Shown piece by piece: positions 1 through 10,755 of a stretch of 64,000 nt of DNA (its first letter is position 1; the number at the start of each line of letters is the position of its first letter). The translations under genes were made by a program, and so were the position numbers. The stretch comes from Eledone cirrhosa (Eukaryota), in the NCBI GenBank assembly GCA_964016885.1, contig OZ024740.1:365614001-365678000 (forward strand), written 5' to 3'. Under the pieces are notes generated by a model that worked only from the letters and a program-made list of their open reading frames with translations, was not told the origin of the DNA and ran no database searches.

Positions 1-28
1 AGATAATCATACATATTTATAAATATAC

Positions 29-168
29 GACAGGCTTCTGAAGTTTCCCTCTAACCAATTCCACCCACAAAGCATTGATCAACCCAAGGGCATAGGTGCC
101 ATGCTGTCAGATTGAACCGACCCCATGACATGGTGGTTGAGAAGTGAACTCCTTACCACACAGCCATA
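29..168 (-). mobile_element. tRNA-headed SINE (family B) remnant
   Basis: Reverse strand reads ATGGCTGTGTGGTAAGGAG...GGTTCAATC (A/B-box-like head); homologous copies at about 1370-1511, 6387-6512 and 8446-8565. Confidence 0.7.
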
Positions 169-1034
169 ATATGCATGTGATTGTTTGTGTGTATGTTTGT
201 GCGTGTGCTTTCATACATGTGTGTGTGTGTGTGTGTGTGTAAAAAAAGTTAGACTTCAGAGAGGTGACCATAACACCAGTCGACCACTATAAATAACTAG
301 CAGAAAAACAACCCTTCGGGTGGATTTCTGCTTACATGTGTAGTGTGCATATTGATATTATACGCAAGTATATATATGCATGTAGATATGATACATCAAA
401 TAAAATCGTAATTAACAATATACACAGAAATTGAACGAAGACTGCGTTACACTCTCTTATGTAATCAGTAACGTATTCCATGATACATTAAAAAAAGACG
501 ATATTATATATAAACTGCATTAGGAGAAAATTAGTGACGGAAATATATGAATATTTATTTAAGCGATCGCTAACCGGAAGTGTTGACATTTGAAAATTTT
601 AAAGAAGTGAATCTTTGAATAAGTAATAAAATATATTTAATCAAAAGCTACGAAATTTAGCAGATAAATTATGTAATATTTATTCATTATTTATTCAAAG
701 TAATCCAACTTATTTTACAAACGGGATAAACAATTATATTCTGGATGCAGTCCCGCACTCCTTTCTTTATATAGTTAAGGTAGTTGTGAAAATCAGGTAA
801 AGTACCCCTAGTGATGGACAAGAGGATAGAGTGATCAAGTGATCTTTCTACTTACATCCAACTGGAATATCTAACAACAATCTTTCTCCAGTTACTTCTC
901 TCACCTCTAACTATTCAGACACTGATATAATATACTGCCATCTGGCTCATATTTTCTTTCAAACTAATATATTTCAGTTGTGTTTCTTTTTCTTTCTATT
1001 TTAATTTTATAGAAAGCCGTGACTGATTTATGAA

Positions 1035-1108
1035 GCCTTCATAGCTCAGTGGTTTAGAGCACTGGTTTCGTAAACCAGGAGTCGTGAGTTCGAATCTCAC
1101 TGGAGGCA
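1035..1108 (+). tRNA. tRNA-Thr-CGT: tRNA-Thr (anticodon CGT), copy 1
   Basis: 74-nt cloverleaf: acceptor GCCTTCA/TGGAGGC plus discriminator A, D arm GCTC/GAGC, anticodon arm CTGGT-TTCGTAA-ACCAG, T arm GTGAG-TTCGAAT-CTCAC; T5 Pol III terminator at 1126-1130. Confidence 0.97.
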
Positions 1109-1369
1109 ATATGCATATTATAACGTTTTTAAATGAGGTGGTGGTTTTGAAATAATGTTCAAAATAGGAATACAAGGAAAATATTCTGTTGTCTTTTATA
1201 TAACAATTGAGAAATACTATGACTCCTGACACTATATAATTTTTTTTTAAATTCTCGTACGTATTTTACTGGTATCTTTTTGTCAAACTGCTAAGTTCCG
1301 GGTTATAAACACTGGTTCAAACACAAATGTAAACACAGACACGAAGGCATTCACACTTATTTATAAATA

Positions 1370-1511
1370 TACGACGGGCGTGTGTAGTTTCCGACAAACA
1401 AATTCCACTCACAAAGCATTGGTCAAGCCAAGGCCATAGGTGCCGTGCTGTTAGATTGAACCAAACCCATGACTTCCTGGTTGCGAAACGAACTCCTGTC
1501 CACACAGCCAT
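1370..1511 (-). mobile_element. SINE family B copy
   Basis: Aligns by eye with 29-168 and 6387-6512 (aaattccactcacaaagcattggtcaa...gaactcct..ccacacagccat). Confidence 0.7.
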
Positions 1512-2280
1512 GATATGCCAAATGAAAGCTGTTCATAATAGAGAGTCCATTGCTAGAACAGAAGTCTAGTTGGGCCTCTCCATTCGTATTTAGATCGGGG
1601 TCGCCGTTCCTTCCAATCACTCCTTTCTATGTCAGGTGATCAGTGCTAACATGTGCATTGAAGTCTCCCATCAGGATATATGTGTCTTAACTACATTTAA
1701 CGCTACAATTACTTCATCAAGGAAATACCTGTATTCGGACACCTTGTTTGGTGCATAAACTAGCACCACCCACAGAGACCTATTTTTCAGCCTATGCTTC
1801 AAGTGGCAAATCATCCTTCTTAATGGTATCCAGTCCATAACACTTTCTGACAGTCGGGGGTTTGTGAGTATCCCTACTCCTGCCTGTGCAGTGATTTCTG
1901 GCACCACACCTGAATAGTGGAGTTTCCATCCTCCATCCAAATCTACAGTATCAGAGCCACAAAAGTTTGTTGAGAAAACCCTTACTATATCTAGCCGGTA
2001 GCATCCAGCCTCCTCCAGTAATTCCTGCTCCTTGCCTGTAAGAGTTGGGATGTTCCAAGTTCCAACTGTCAAGGTTTGCTCTCTTTGGGGTCTCGGGATA
2101 CACAACCTTTGTGCGTCCATCCCACGCCTCCCAAGACAGGCACATCGCCAGTTTTTGCGTTATGAAATGGAGACTGCAATATATTTTTCAAACAGGCCCT
2201 CCTACCTAAGGCCTGGACGCGTCCCTTATTAACCCGCACGAAGGACGGTGTGGTATGGTTTTTCCCTGTTTTCTTCATCA
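1512..2280 (-). mobile_element. RTE-clade LINE 5' fragment (AP-endonuclease domain), degenerate
   Basis: ORF 1671-2120 has LTVGTWNIPTL...WKLHYSGV...AQAGVGIL and ORF 1423-1620 has NTNGEAQLDFCSSNGLSIMNSF, both APE motifs; frameshifted. Confidence 0.88.
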
Positions 2281-2724
2281 TATTGCAGTTTCAGCTTCCG
2301 TGTTAATAGGTCAAATGAAATATAAATTATTATGATAATCAAATAAAACATTACAGTTATTCATGTGATGCACTTGCTAAAAGAATGACTAATTTGTCTT
2401 CTCGATATCGATTATCAAAACAATAACCTTACAGTGAACGCATAGCGTCAGAAATTATCTCCCTTACATAGAACTACTAAAAACAAAATGTCTAGAAATA
2501 CAAAGCAATGAATAGTTTTTTTTAATAATTTCTTTTTTTATCATGCTAGAAACAGTAAAATATTGATAGGAAACTATTAAATATTATACGTAAAAACAAC
2601 AAAATACAGTTATATCTGGTTTTATTGGACAGATGTTTAATGTTTATGAGAAAATAAAATTGCAACATCATATAATATGTTTTTCAAAAATGATATATAT
2701 AGGCTGCTATTCGTTTCATTCATT

Positions 2725-2857
2725 AAAAGGGTCTTTGTCGTCAGTGGCACCCAGCTGCCGATTTGCGAGCGTCTGGGCGGAATCACAATCAAGAGATTTC
2801 GGAGACGTAATTTTTAACAGCCGGTGGCAGCTGTCGCTCATTAAGCACGGCGCCCGG
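2725..2857 (+). ncRNA. RNU11: U11 snRNA (minor spliceosome)
   Basis: AAAAGGG 5' end, then TCTTTGTCGTCAGTGGCAC, GCGGAATC...ATCAAGAGATTTCGGAG, an Sm-like site AATTTTT and a 3' hairpin ending CGGCGCCCGG. This follows vertebrate U11 as I recall it. Helices GTCTTTG/CGGAGAC, CCCAG/CTGGG and GCTGT/ACGGC pair, some by compensatory change. Confidence 0.93.
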
Positions 2858-3117
2858 TAAAAATATAATTAATATTAGAATTAATTAGTTGAGTTACCTT
2901 ACCTGTTATTGATCCTTATAGACAGGATTGACATGTATAACTGTATTTGGAAGTGGTATCAAGAACGGTGGCTGTGGGGTCGGTCGTTGTTTTTGCTTTT
3001 TCAAATTCAATTTCTGTTTGCAAAGATATAGCAACTAGGTTCTTGAAATCATTGATTAGGAGATGTGGTACAGAAGCTAAAGTGGGGGTAACCTATTGCC
3101 AGAGATAAACTAGTAAC

Positions 3118-3330
3118 ATGGCAGTATCAGTAGAGCATCGGACACCCTGCTTCGTGGCATAGAGTTACGGCCCTTTACGTTCCGAGTTCAAATCCCGCCA
3201 AGGTTAGCTTTGCCTTTCATCCTTACGGGGGTTGATAAAATAAAGTACCAGTCACGCACTAGGTTCGATTTAATCCACATTCCCCTCGCCCAAATTTGCT
3301 GGCCTTGTGCCTAAATCAGAAACCATTATT
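3118..3330 (+). mobile_element. SINE family A copy
   Basis: Core GAGTTCAAATCCCGCC.AGGTTA.CTTTGCCTTTCATCCTTACGGGG..GATAAAATAAAGTACCAGT recurs many times in the window; short ATT tail. Confidence 0.85.
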
Positions 3331-3692
3331 AACACCAGCCACTTCTTACGTAGACCATGATCGCAGGTGTAAAGACCGTTCTATTGTCATACACTTACTC
3401 GATGACCAAACCATATGAAAAAATGAACAAAAAACTCTATTTACCCCGCTAAAAAACATGTGAATGCCTTCAAGTCTGTATTCACGTTTTGGTTTGAATC
3501 TGTATTTATAACCCTGAAAACAGCGGTTTGTCAAAGAGAAGCCGATAAAATTAATACGAGACTTGAAAATATATATAGCGTCAGTAGTGGTACTATTTCT
3601 CAATAGTTATATAAAAGACAAGTTATTTTCCCTTAAATACCTATTTTGAATACCATTTAAAAACCACCACCACGTTAAAAAAATACATATAT

Positions 3693-3766
3693 TGCCTCCA
3701 GTGAGATTCGAACTCACGACTCCTGGTTTACGAGACCAGTGCTCTGAACCACTGAGCTATGAAGGC
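3693..3766 (-). tRNA. tRNA-Thr-CGT: tRNA-Thr (anticodon CGT), copy 2
   Basis: Reverse complement GCCTTCATAGCTCAGTGGTTCAGAGCACTGGTCTCGTAAACCAGGAGTCGTGAGTTCGAATCTCACTGGAGGCA; intact cloverleaf; T7 terminator (A7 at 3677-3683 on +). Confidence 0.97.
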
Positions 3767-3863
3767 TGCATATGTCAGACCAGTCTGTTTATAAAATTGA
3801 GATAGAAAGAAAGAAAAACAAATGAAATATTTTGAGAGCAGCTATGAGCCAAATGGTTGCATA

Positions 3864-4085
3864 GGGCGGTGGATTGGCACTGTCGGTAGAGCGTCGGACA
3901 ACATGCTTTGCGGCATACAGTTACGGTTCTTTACGTTCTGAGTCCAAATCCCGTCGAGGTTAGCTTAGCCTTTTATCCTAAAGGGATCAATAAAATAAAA
4001 TACCAGTAATGCACTGGGTCGATTTAATCGCCTTTTCTCCCCAAACCCAAATTGTTGGCCTTGCGCCTAAATCGGAAATCATTAT
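3864..4085 (+). mobile_element. SINE family A, full length, inserted in the upstream flank of tRNA copy 2
   Basis: GGCGGTGGATTGGCA head plus core and tail; it interrupts flank sequence that is contiguous next to tRNA copies 1 and 3. Confidence 0.85.
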
Positions 4086-4436
4086 ATCAATACCCGAATA
4101 TTTAGAGGTGAGAGAAGTAACCGGAGAAAGATTGTTGTTAGATACTCCAGTTGGATGTAAGGAACTAAAGTAATTACAGTAGAGTGATCACTTGATGACT
4201 CTATCCTCTTGTCTCCATCACTAGGGGTACTTTACCTGATTTTCTCAACTATTATTTACAGTGGTCGACTATGGTTATGGTCACCTCTCTGTTAGGATCT
4301 CAAACTGTGTTTGCACAAATAATATATTGCATCTTTTTCCGTTGTTCATTGCTGCACGTGATTTCGAAGTAAATCAATCATGTTATAAATAAAAACATTT
4401 AGTGTCTTGTTCATTTGTTCATTCTCATTTTCATGT

Positions 4437-6286
4437 CTTCTTCTTCGCCCACTTATTCTAAGAGGGTCGTGGGGGCAGAGTCCTCAAACACTCCTTCCAG
4501 CGGGTCCTGTCAGAAGTAACAATCTGCAACTGATCCGGCTGGATCCCCAAACGTGACCAACCAAATTCATGGATGTTATCCAACCATTTTGCTCGTGGTC
4601 TACTCCTGGGTCTCTTGCCGGTTGGTTTAGCCCGTAAAATCCATCCAGCAATTCTTTCCTGAGACAATCAAACCATAGTTCTGGAGTTGTGATCTCTCAA
4701 TTCGCATAAGTAGCAGCTCTACCTGGAGTGACTCTCTGATCTCCGAGCTACACTATTGAGTAACGTTACTCCAAACAACTCTTTAGAGGAACCCCATTTC
4801 GGCCGCTTGTATTCACGATCCTATTCTTTCGGTCATTACCCAAGATTCATGACCCTGGGTAAGGGTTGTCACGAAAATCGAATTGTAGATAGTGGGTTTG
4901 TCTACCTCCCTTCTTCTGATTACTGAATGTTGAAGCTGGTATATTACTGCACCAGCTTTTGCAATTCTTGCACTTAATTCAGCCTCCAGCCTTCCATCAC
5001 TCGTGAACATGGCGCCGAGATACTTGAACTTCTCTACCTGCTTCAATGGAACTCCATTCTCATGTAGAATGCACTGTGCAGGCTTCCTTAAGAGGACGAG
5101 TGTCTCAGTTTTGTTGCATTGATTTTCTTTCCAGCCATGTAGCACTCGGCATCAAACCTATCAAGTACAAGTCGAAAATCATCTTCTGTCGAGTTAAGTA
5201 TAACCATGTCATCTGTAAATTCCAATCGACTGATTTTACACCCGCCAGTCATGATACCACTTCCAACCCTGCTGCGCATGTCAATCTTGTTCATGTAAAT
5301 AATGAACAGGAGAGGTGACAGTATGCACCCTTGTCGGAGTCCCACATTGAATGGTTTAGATTTAGCATCATTTATCCGAACACAAATACTCGGGCATTCG
5401 TATAGAGACATCAGCAAGATGCTGACCATCAATCCCTTACTCCTGCACAACCTTCCACAGCAGGTCCCGAGCAACGCGGTCATATGCCCTCTTAAGGTCG
5501 ACAAAACAAGGATATACTTCTTGGTAATACTCCCATGATTTATCGAATACCTGCCGCAGTGTTAATATTTGGTCGGCTGTGCTGCGTCCGGGGCAAAAAC
5601 CACGCTGTTCATCAATTAGCTTGGACTCAACAATCGCCCTGCTTATCTTTACCAGACATTTAGTATAGAATTTACTGGGGAGGCTTAACAACGAGATCCC
5701 TCTATGAGTAGAGCAATCTCTCTCGTCTCCTTTTTTGAAAATTGGGATTATCACTCCCGATTGCCATTGCTTAGGTGCCTTTCCAGAGATCCAGGCCACC
5801 CGACACACACGAGTCAGCCAGAGAATACCTACTCTATTTAAGGCTTATAACATCTCGGACCAGATTTCCTCTTCCCCAGCTGCTTTGTCACATTTGAGCT
5901 CTTTAACAGATTAGTCACCGCTCACTGATGCACCTTGTATACATCCGAAGATGCTGTTGTAATTGGGTTTAGGAGATCAGCAAAGTATTCTCTCCTCCTT
6001 GCGAGGATGCACTTCTCTGAAGAGAGGAGAACCCCAGACACGTTCCGGATAGCAGGTGTGGAGGAGGGCTTCTCATTACGAAGTTGGAGGATGATCTGCC
6101 AGAACACTTTATTTTCTGATCTGAAGTCGGATTCCAGCTTAACCTCAAAGTCCTCTCATGTCTTAACTTTGGACGTTTTTACTGTCCCTGCTGTGATTTT
6201 TCGTACCTACCTCATGTGCAACAAGGAGGATTTATTTCCAAGCCAAGCTTTGTAAGCCCCCTTCTTTGCTCAGATGGCAGATCTCG

Positions 6287-6288
<2 letters not shown>
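4437..6288 (-). mobile_element. RTE-clade LINE 3' part (reverse transcriptase to tail), pseudogenised
   Basis: Broken ORFs carry RT motifs WQSGVIIPIFKKGD, RGISLLS, CFVDLKRAYDRV, GLRQGCILSPLLF, EFTDDM, FKYLG and the C-terminal GKRPRSRPRAKW; tail GAATAAGTGGGCGAAGAAGAAG. Confidence 0.93.
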
Positions 6289-6363
<75 letters not shown>

Positions 6364-6385
6364 CATATATATATATATATATATA
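6288..6385. repeat. (CA)n followed by (TA)n microsatellite
   Basis: Direct reading. Confidence 0.95.
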
Positions 6386-6770
6386 AGACGAGCTTCTGCA
6401 GTTTCCATCAAATTCCACTCACAAAGCATTGGTCAACACAAGAACATATATGTTGTGTTAGTAGACTGAACTGAACCCATAACCCGAAACGAACTCCTGA
6501 CCACACAACCATGCTTGCATATGCATCTCTTTGTGTGTAAGTTCATGTGTGTGTGTGGGGAGGGGTGGAGGGGTTATGTGTGTGCGTTCGTACATCCAAC
6601 TGGAGTATCTAACAACAATATTTCTCCAGTTACTTCTCTCACCTCTAACTATTCAGACACTGATATAATATACTGCCATCTGGCTCATATTTAAAAAAAA
6701 AAACTAATATATTTCGTTTATGTTTCTCTTTTTGTTTTAATTTTATAGACAGACGGGTCAGATACATGAA

Positions 6771-6844
6771 GCCTTCATAGCTCAGTGGTTTAGAGCACTG
6801 GTTTCGTAAACCAGGAGTCGTGAGTTCGAATCTCACTGGAGGCA
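6771..6844 (+). tRNA. tRNA-Thr-CGT: tRNA-Thr (anticodon CGT), copy 3
   Basis: Identical to copy 1 over 74 nt; T6 terminator at 6867-6872. Confidence 0.97.
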
Positions 6845-6920
6845 GCTAATTTGGTGTCCCATTACCTTTTTTAGAATTTTCTTTTCTAAAAGATCAATTT
6901 CGTGCTTTAAAACTATTTTG

Positions 6921-6956
<36 letters not shown>

Positions 6957-6960
<4 letters not shown>

Positions 6961-7914
6961 TAAAACATGTCTATAGAATCACAAGATAAAATATATACTA
7001 TTTCCTCTCCCAATTAGCATAATTAACTATATAAAAAATCGAATAGACCAGGCTATACGAATGAGGCTTCTATGAAGGAATCTCCAACAAATAACCAAAA
7101 CTAGCGCTTCGCGTCGGCCGTAGTGGAATATTTATCGAATATTTCGACAGCGTAATCGCCTAGATACAATCAACTAAGCAGAATTATCCAATAATTATGT
7201 AATAATTATATAAACTCGAGCGCCGGATTCTTCAGGAAGCTCGCTCATATCTAGACATTAAATTTTCCAAAACGATCGCGTCAAGAATTCATTTCAAAAT
7301 GGCTAAAAATCGTGACGTAGTCGCGGTCAAGTTGGAAGGGTGTGGTAGTTGCTTACGACTGGTGGCATTTTTGCTAGAAAGCACAGCACAATACAGCCAA
7401 ATTTGTATCTCAACCTAGTGGGAGATTATTACATATAAAAGTTTACATATATATATACATACACATACATATACGTGTTTTGCAACTGGTCACTTTTTGG
7501 CTCAATGAAAAATTAATAAATTAAACAATCAGAGCTATATATCATAAAACATGTCTATAGAATCACAAGATAAAATATATACTATTTCCTCTCCCAATTA
7601 GCATAATTAACTATATAAAAAATCGAATAGACCAGGCTATACGAATGAGGCTTCTATGAAAGAATCTCCAACAAATAACCGCGTCGGCCGTAGTGGAATA
7701 TTTATCGAATATTTCGACAGCGTAATCGCCTAGATACAATCAACTAAGCAGAATTAGGTTTAAAATAAACTAGGAGAAAATAGAATACACTTAAATACCT
7801 CTACCATGGTTTCGTCCGTGTTTTGAGTTATCCAATAATTATGTAATAATTATATAAACTCGAGCGCCGGATTCTTCAGGAAGCTCGCTCATATCTAGAC
7901 ATTAAATTTTCCAA
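6957..7914 (-). mobile_element. Non-coding element with long direct repeats (6957-7272 and 7541-7914), flanked by (TA)n; retrozyme or Penelope pLTR-like
   Basis: Near-identical repeats starting atcataaaacatgtctatagaatc and ending aaattttccaaa; the first copy lacks 7757-7830; TA tracts on both sides; hammerhead motif in the repeat. Confidence 0.7.
7797..7884 (-). ncRNA. Type I hammerhead ribozyme motif
   Basis: Minus strand: cttc-CTGAAGA-ATCCG...(long AT hairpin)...CGGAC-GAAA-CCATG-GTA^GAGG. Stem I cttc/gagg, palindromic stem III ACCATGGT, A.C mismatch at the base of stem II. Confidence 0.7.
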
Positions 7915-8071
7915 ATATATATATATATATATGTATATATATAACGAAGGAAGTGTGGTAAGGAACCAGGTGAACCATAAGGCACCAGAGTACTCGATAC
8001 TTTGGGCAGTAGAGTGGGTAATAGGAAAATAGTCAGAACCCCGACAGCAGAGCTCAAGCCGTTTCGACAGC

Positions 8072-8270
8072 TATGGATTGGCAGTATCGGTAGAGGGTCG
8101 GACGTCATGCTTTGACGCATAGAGTTACGGCCCTTTCCATTCTGAGTTCAAATCCCGCCGAGGTCAACTTTGCCTTTCATCCTTACAGGGTCGATAAAAT
8201 AAAGTACCAGTAATGTACTGTGTAATTGCTGGCCTTGTGCCAAAAGTAGAAACAATTATTATTATTATTA
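8072..8270 (+). mobile_element. SINE family A copy
   Basis: Head, core and (ATT)n tail; truncates the repeat copy at 7942-8072. Confidence 0.85.
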
Positions 8271-8619
8271 TCAAAGTTGTTAAACGTGGTAGAAGATATA
8301 TATATAACTATTAAGAAATAGTACAATTCATGATAGTATTTTTTTTTCGAGTCTTATTTTATCGGTTTGTTTTTGTCAAACGGCTAAGTCCTAGATCCTA
8401 AACACAAATATAAACGGACACATAAATACATATCTAAATATATATACGATGGGCTTCTATAGTTTCCGGCTACCAAATTCTGCTCAAATTATTGGTCAAT
8501 CGGAGTCCATAGAAGACATTTGCTTCAAGTGTAGTGCCACTTGACTGAACTGAACCCATAACACCGTGTCCCACAATTCCACGCCGCCCGTCCCTTCAAT
8601 CTTTCTAATTTCTCATTCT

Positions 8620-8660
8620 TTCTTCTGATGAAGGACTAGCGTCTGAAACGTTAAGACCCT
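8620..8660 (+). ncRNA. Minimal hammerhead motif (Penelope type)
   Basis: ctt-CTGATGA-A-GGAC-TAGC-GTCT-GAAAC-GTT-aag; a degenerate relative lies at 55020-55055. Confidence 0.55.
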
Positions 8661-8799
8661 CTTCCTGCTATTTCAAGCGTTAACCTAATATATTCCTGTA
8701 CCGATTGTGTTGTTATTTCTGTTTACCTTAACTTGTTTTATAGCATTTTGTGTTAATAGATCTATAAATAATCAAGTGAGTCAGGAATTCTGGCCCACC

Positions 8800-8919
<120 letters not shown>

Positions 8920-8996
8920 CGAAGGAATTGTGGTAAGGAACCAGATGGACCATAACGCACCAGAGTACTCAATACTTAGGGTAGTAGAGTGGGTAA

Positions 8997-9113
8997 TAGG
9001 AAAAGGTATGACCCCGGCGGCAGAGCTCAAGCCGTTTCGACGGCTATTTCTGGACTCAGAAATAGCCGTCGAAACGGCTTGAGCTCTGCCGCCGGGGCCA
9101 TACCTTTTCCTAT
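8997..9113. repeat. Near-perfect GC-rich inverted repeat (~56 bp arms, loop GACT)
   Basis: ataggaaaaggtatgaccccggcggcagagctcaagccgtttcgacggctatttctg-gact-cagaaatagccgtcgaaacggcttgagctctgccgccggggccataccttttcctat; one mismatch. Confidence 0.95.
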
Positions 9114-9817
9114 GTATATATATATATATATATAATTGGTGTTGGATGCTTAAAGCGTCCGTATGTGGTAGGCCGTATGAGCACTCGATGCTCTCATAGA
9201 GCAGAGTATGATATCACAGAAGGACCGCGCGATTTCAGAGTCAGGTTTGATCACCACGTCGATCGTGTCTCGAGCTGATCGCCCGAGAAACAATTGTAAT
9301 ATGTCCAATAAATTCCTTTCGTCGCAACACTGATTCTCTTTTTTCTGTGATATATATATTAATTAAAAGATTAATTCTCCAAAGTAACGCATTCATCATT
9401 CTGTCTGTTACGGCCATGAAAACATTTGCATGATGTACTGTATTTTCATTTGTTTGTTGTATTCACGAAATAAAACATACCCACTCGTAAGTTTAAGGCA
9501 ATCAAAATATTAAGAATAACAGAACAAATAATTTGTCCGACACTCTAAAGTTTTCAGAAATCCTCCTTCCCCCTTACATATCAAGGTAAAATAGTGTTTC
9601 CTAATTTCAATGATTTCTAATTTAGGCAGAAGGCCAGCCGTCCTGAAATTCCCCCGTTAGGATTAGGACTGAAGTCCGCTGATGATTTACATTGCCAGTC
9701 CTAGTTATGTAATATCTGTAATAACTGGAAATATTGCATAGCTTCTGTATTGCTAATGCATCTGTGTGCACATAGGACGTAGCATTGAAACTGTACAGTT
9801 CGGAACATATCATTAGT

Positions 9818-10635
9818 GCCCACACTTGTTTCGTAGACCTCGAAAAGACATACGACCGCGTTCTACGGAACCTGCCGTAGAAGTTCTGCAGGAGTATTGG
9901 ATTAATGGGCAGCTTCTTGTTACCCTGTATTTGTGTATTTATATGAATGCAAGTGTATTTATGTTTGGGTAAATGGTGCAAAGTCGAAACCACTCATGTT
10001 CATAATATTCATGAACTGGATTGACATGCGCAGCAGGGTTGGACGTGGTATCACGACTGGTGGGTGTGAGATTAGTCGGCTGGAATTTGCAGACAACATG
10101 GTAATACTTAACTCGTCAGATGGAGATCTCCGACATGCACTTGATAAATTTGAGGCCGAGTGCTGCACAGCCGGAATGAAAATCAATGCTGCGAAGACTG
10201 AGACACTCGTCCTCACAAGGAAGCCTGCGCAGTGTACTTTACATGTGAATGGAGTTCCACTGAAGCAGGTAGAAAAGTTCAACTAGCCCGGGTTCGTGTT
10301 CACAAGTGATGGAAAGCAGAAGGCTGAATTAAGTGCAATAATTGCAGGAGCTGGTGCAATAATGCGCCAACTTCAGCATTCGGTAATCAGAAGAAGTGAT
10401 GTAGGCGTAAAAACCAAACTCCCTATTTTCAATTAGGTATTCGTGCCAACCCTTTGGAGTAACGTTACTTGATAAAGTATGTAGCTCGGAGACCAGAGAG
10501 TCACTCCAGGTAGAGCTGCTATTTCTCCAAATTGAGAGATCACAGCTTCGATACTATGGGCATGTGGTTGGAATGTCTCAGGAAAGAATCACTCTCACAC
10601 GACTCTCCCTGGAATAAGTGAGCCAAGAAGAAGAA
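9818..10635 (+). mobile_element. RTE LINE 3' fragment with internal deletions
   Basis: CFVDLEKTYDRV, EFADNMV, KINAAKTETL and VEKF motifs; same family and tail as 4437-6288. Confidence 0.9.
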
Positions 10636-10697
<62 letters not shown>

Positions 10698-10755
10698 GGA
10701 GGAGGAGGAGGAGGAGGAGGAGGAGGAGGAGGAGGAGGAGGAGGAGGAGGAGGAG
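10636..10755. repeat. (GAT)n(GAG)n compound trinucleotide repeat at the RTE tail
   Basis: Direct reading; follows the (GAA)n LINE tail. Confidence 0.95.

Noticed and set aside
570-582. ETS-like CCGGAAGT motif
   Set aside because: Single short motif with no associated transcript evidence.
996-1232. ORFs containing RFELTTPGLRNQCSKPLSYEG (also 6645-6836)
   Set aside because: Antisense translation of the tRNA-Thr genes.
7290-7400. ATTTTTG plus a small hairpin resembling an Sm-site RNA
   Set aside because: No similarity I can see to U1, U2, U4, U5, U7, U12, U4atac or SL RNA; it lies inside the repeat-bounded element.
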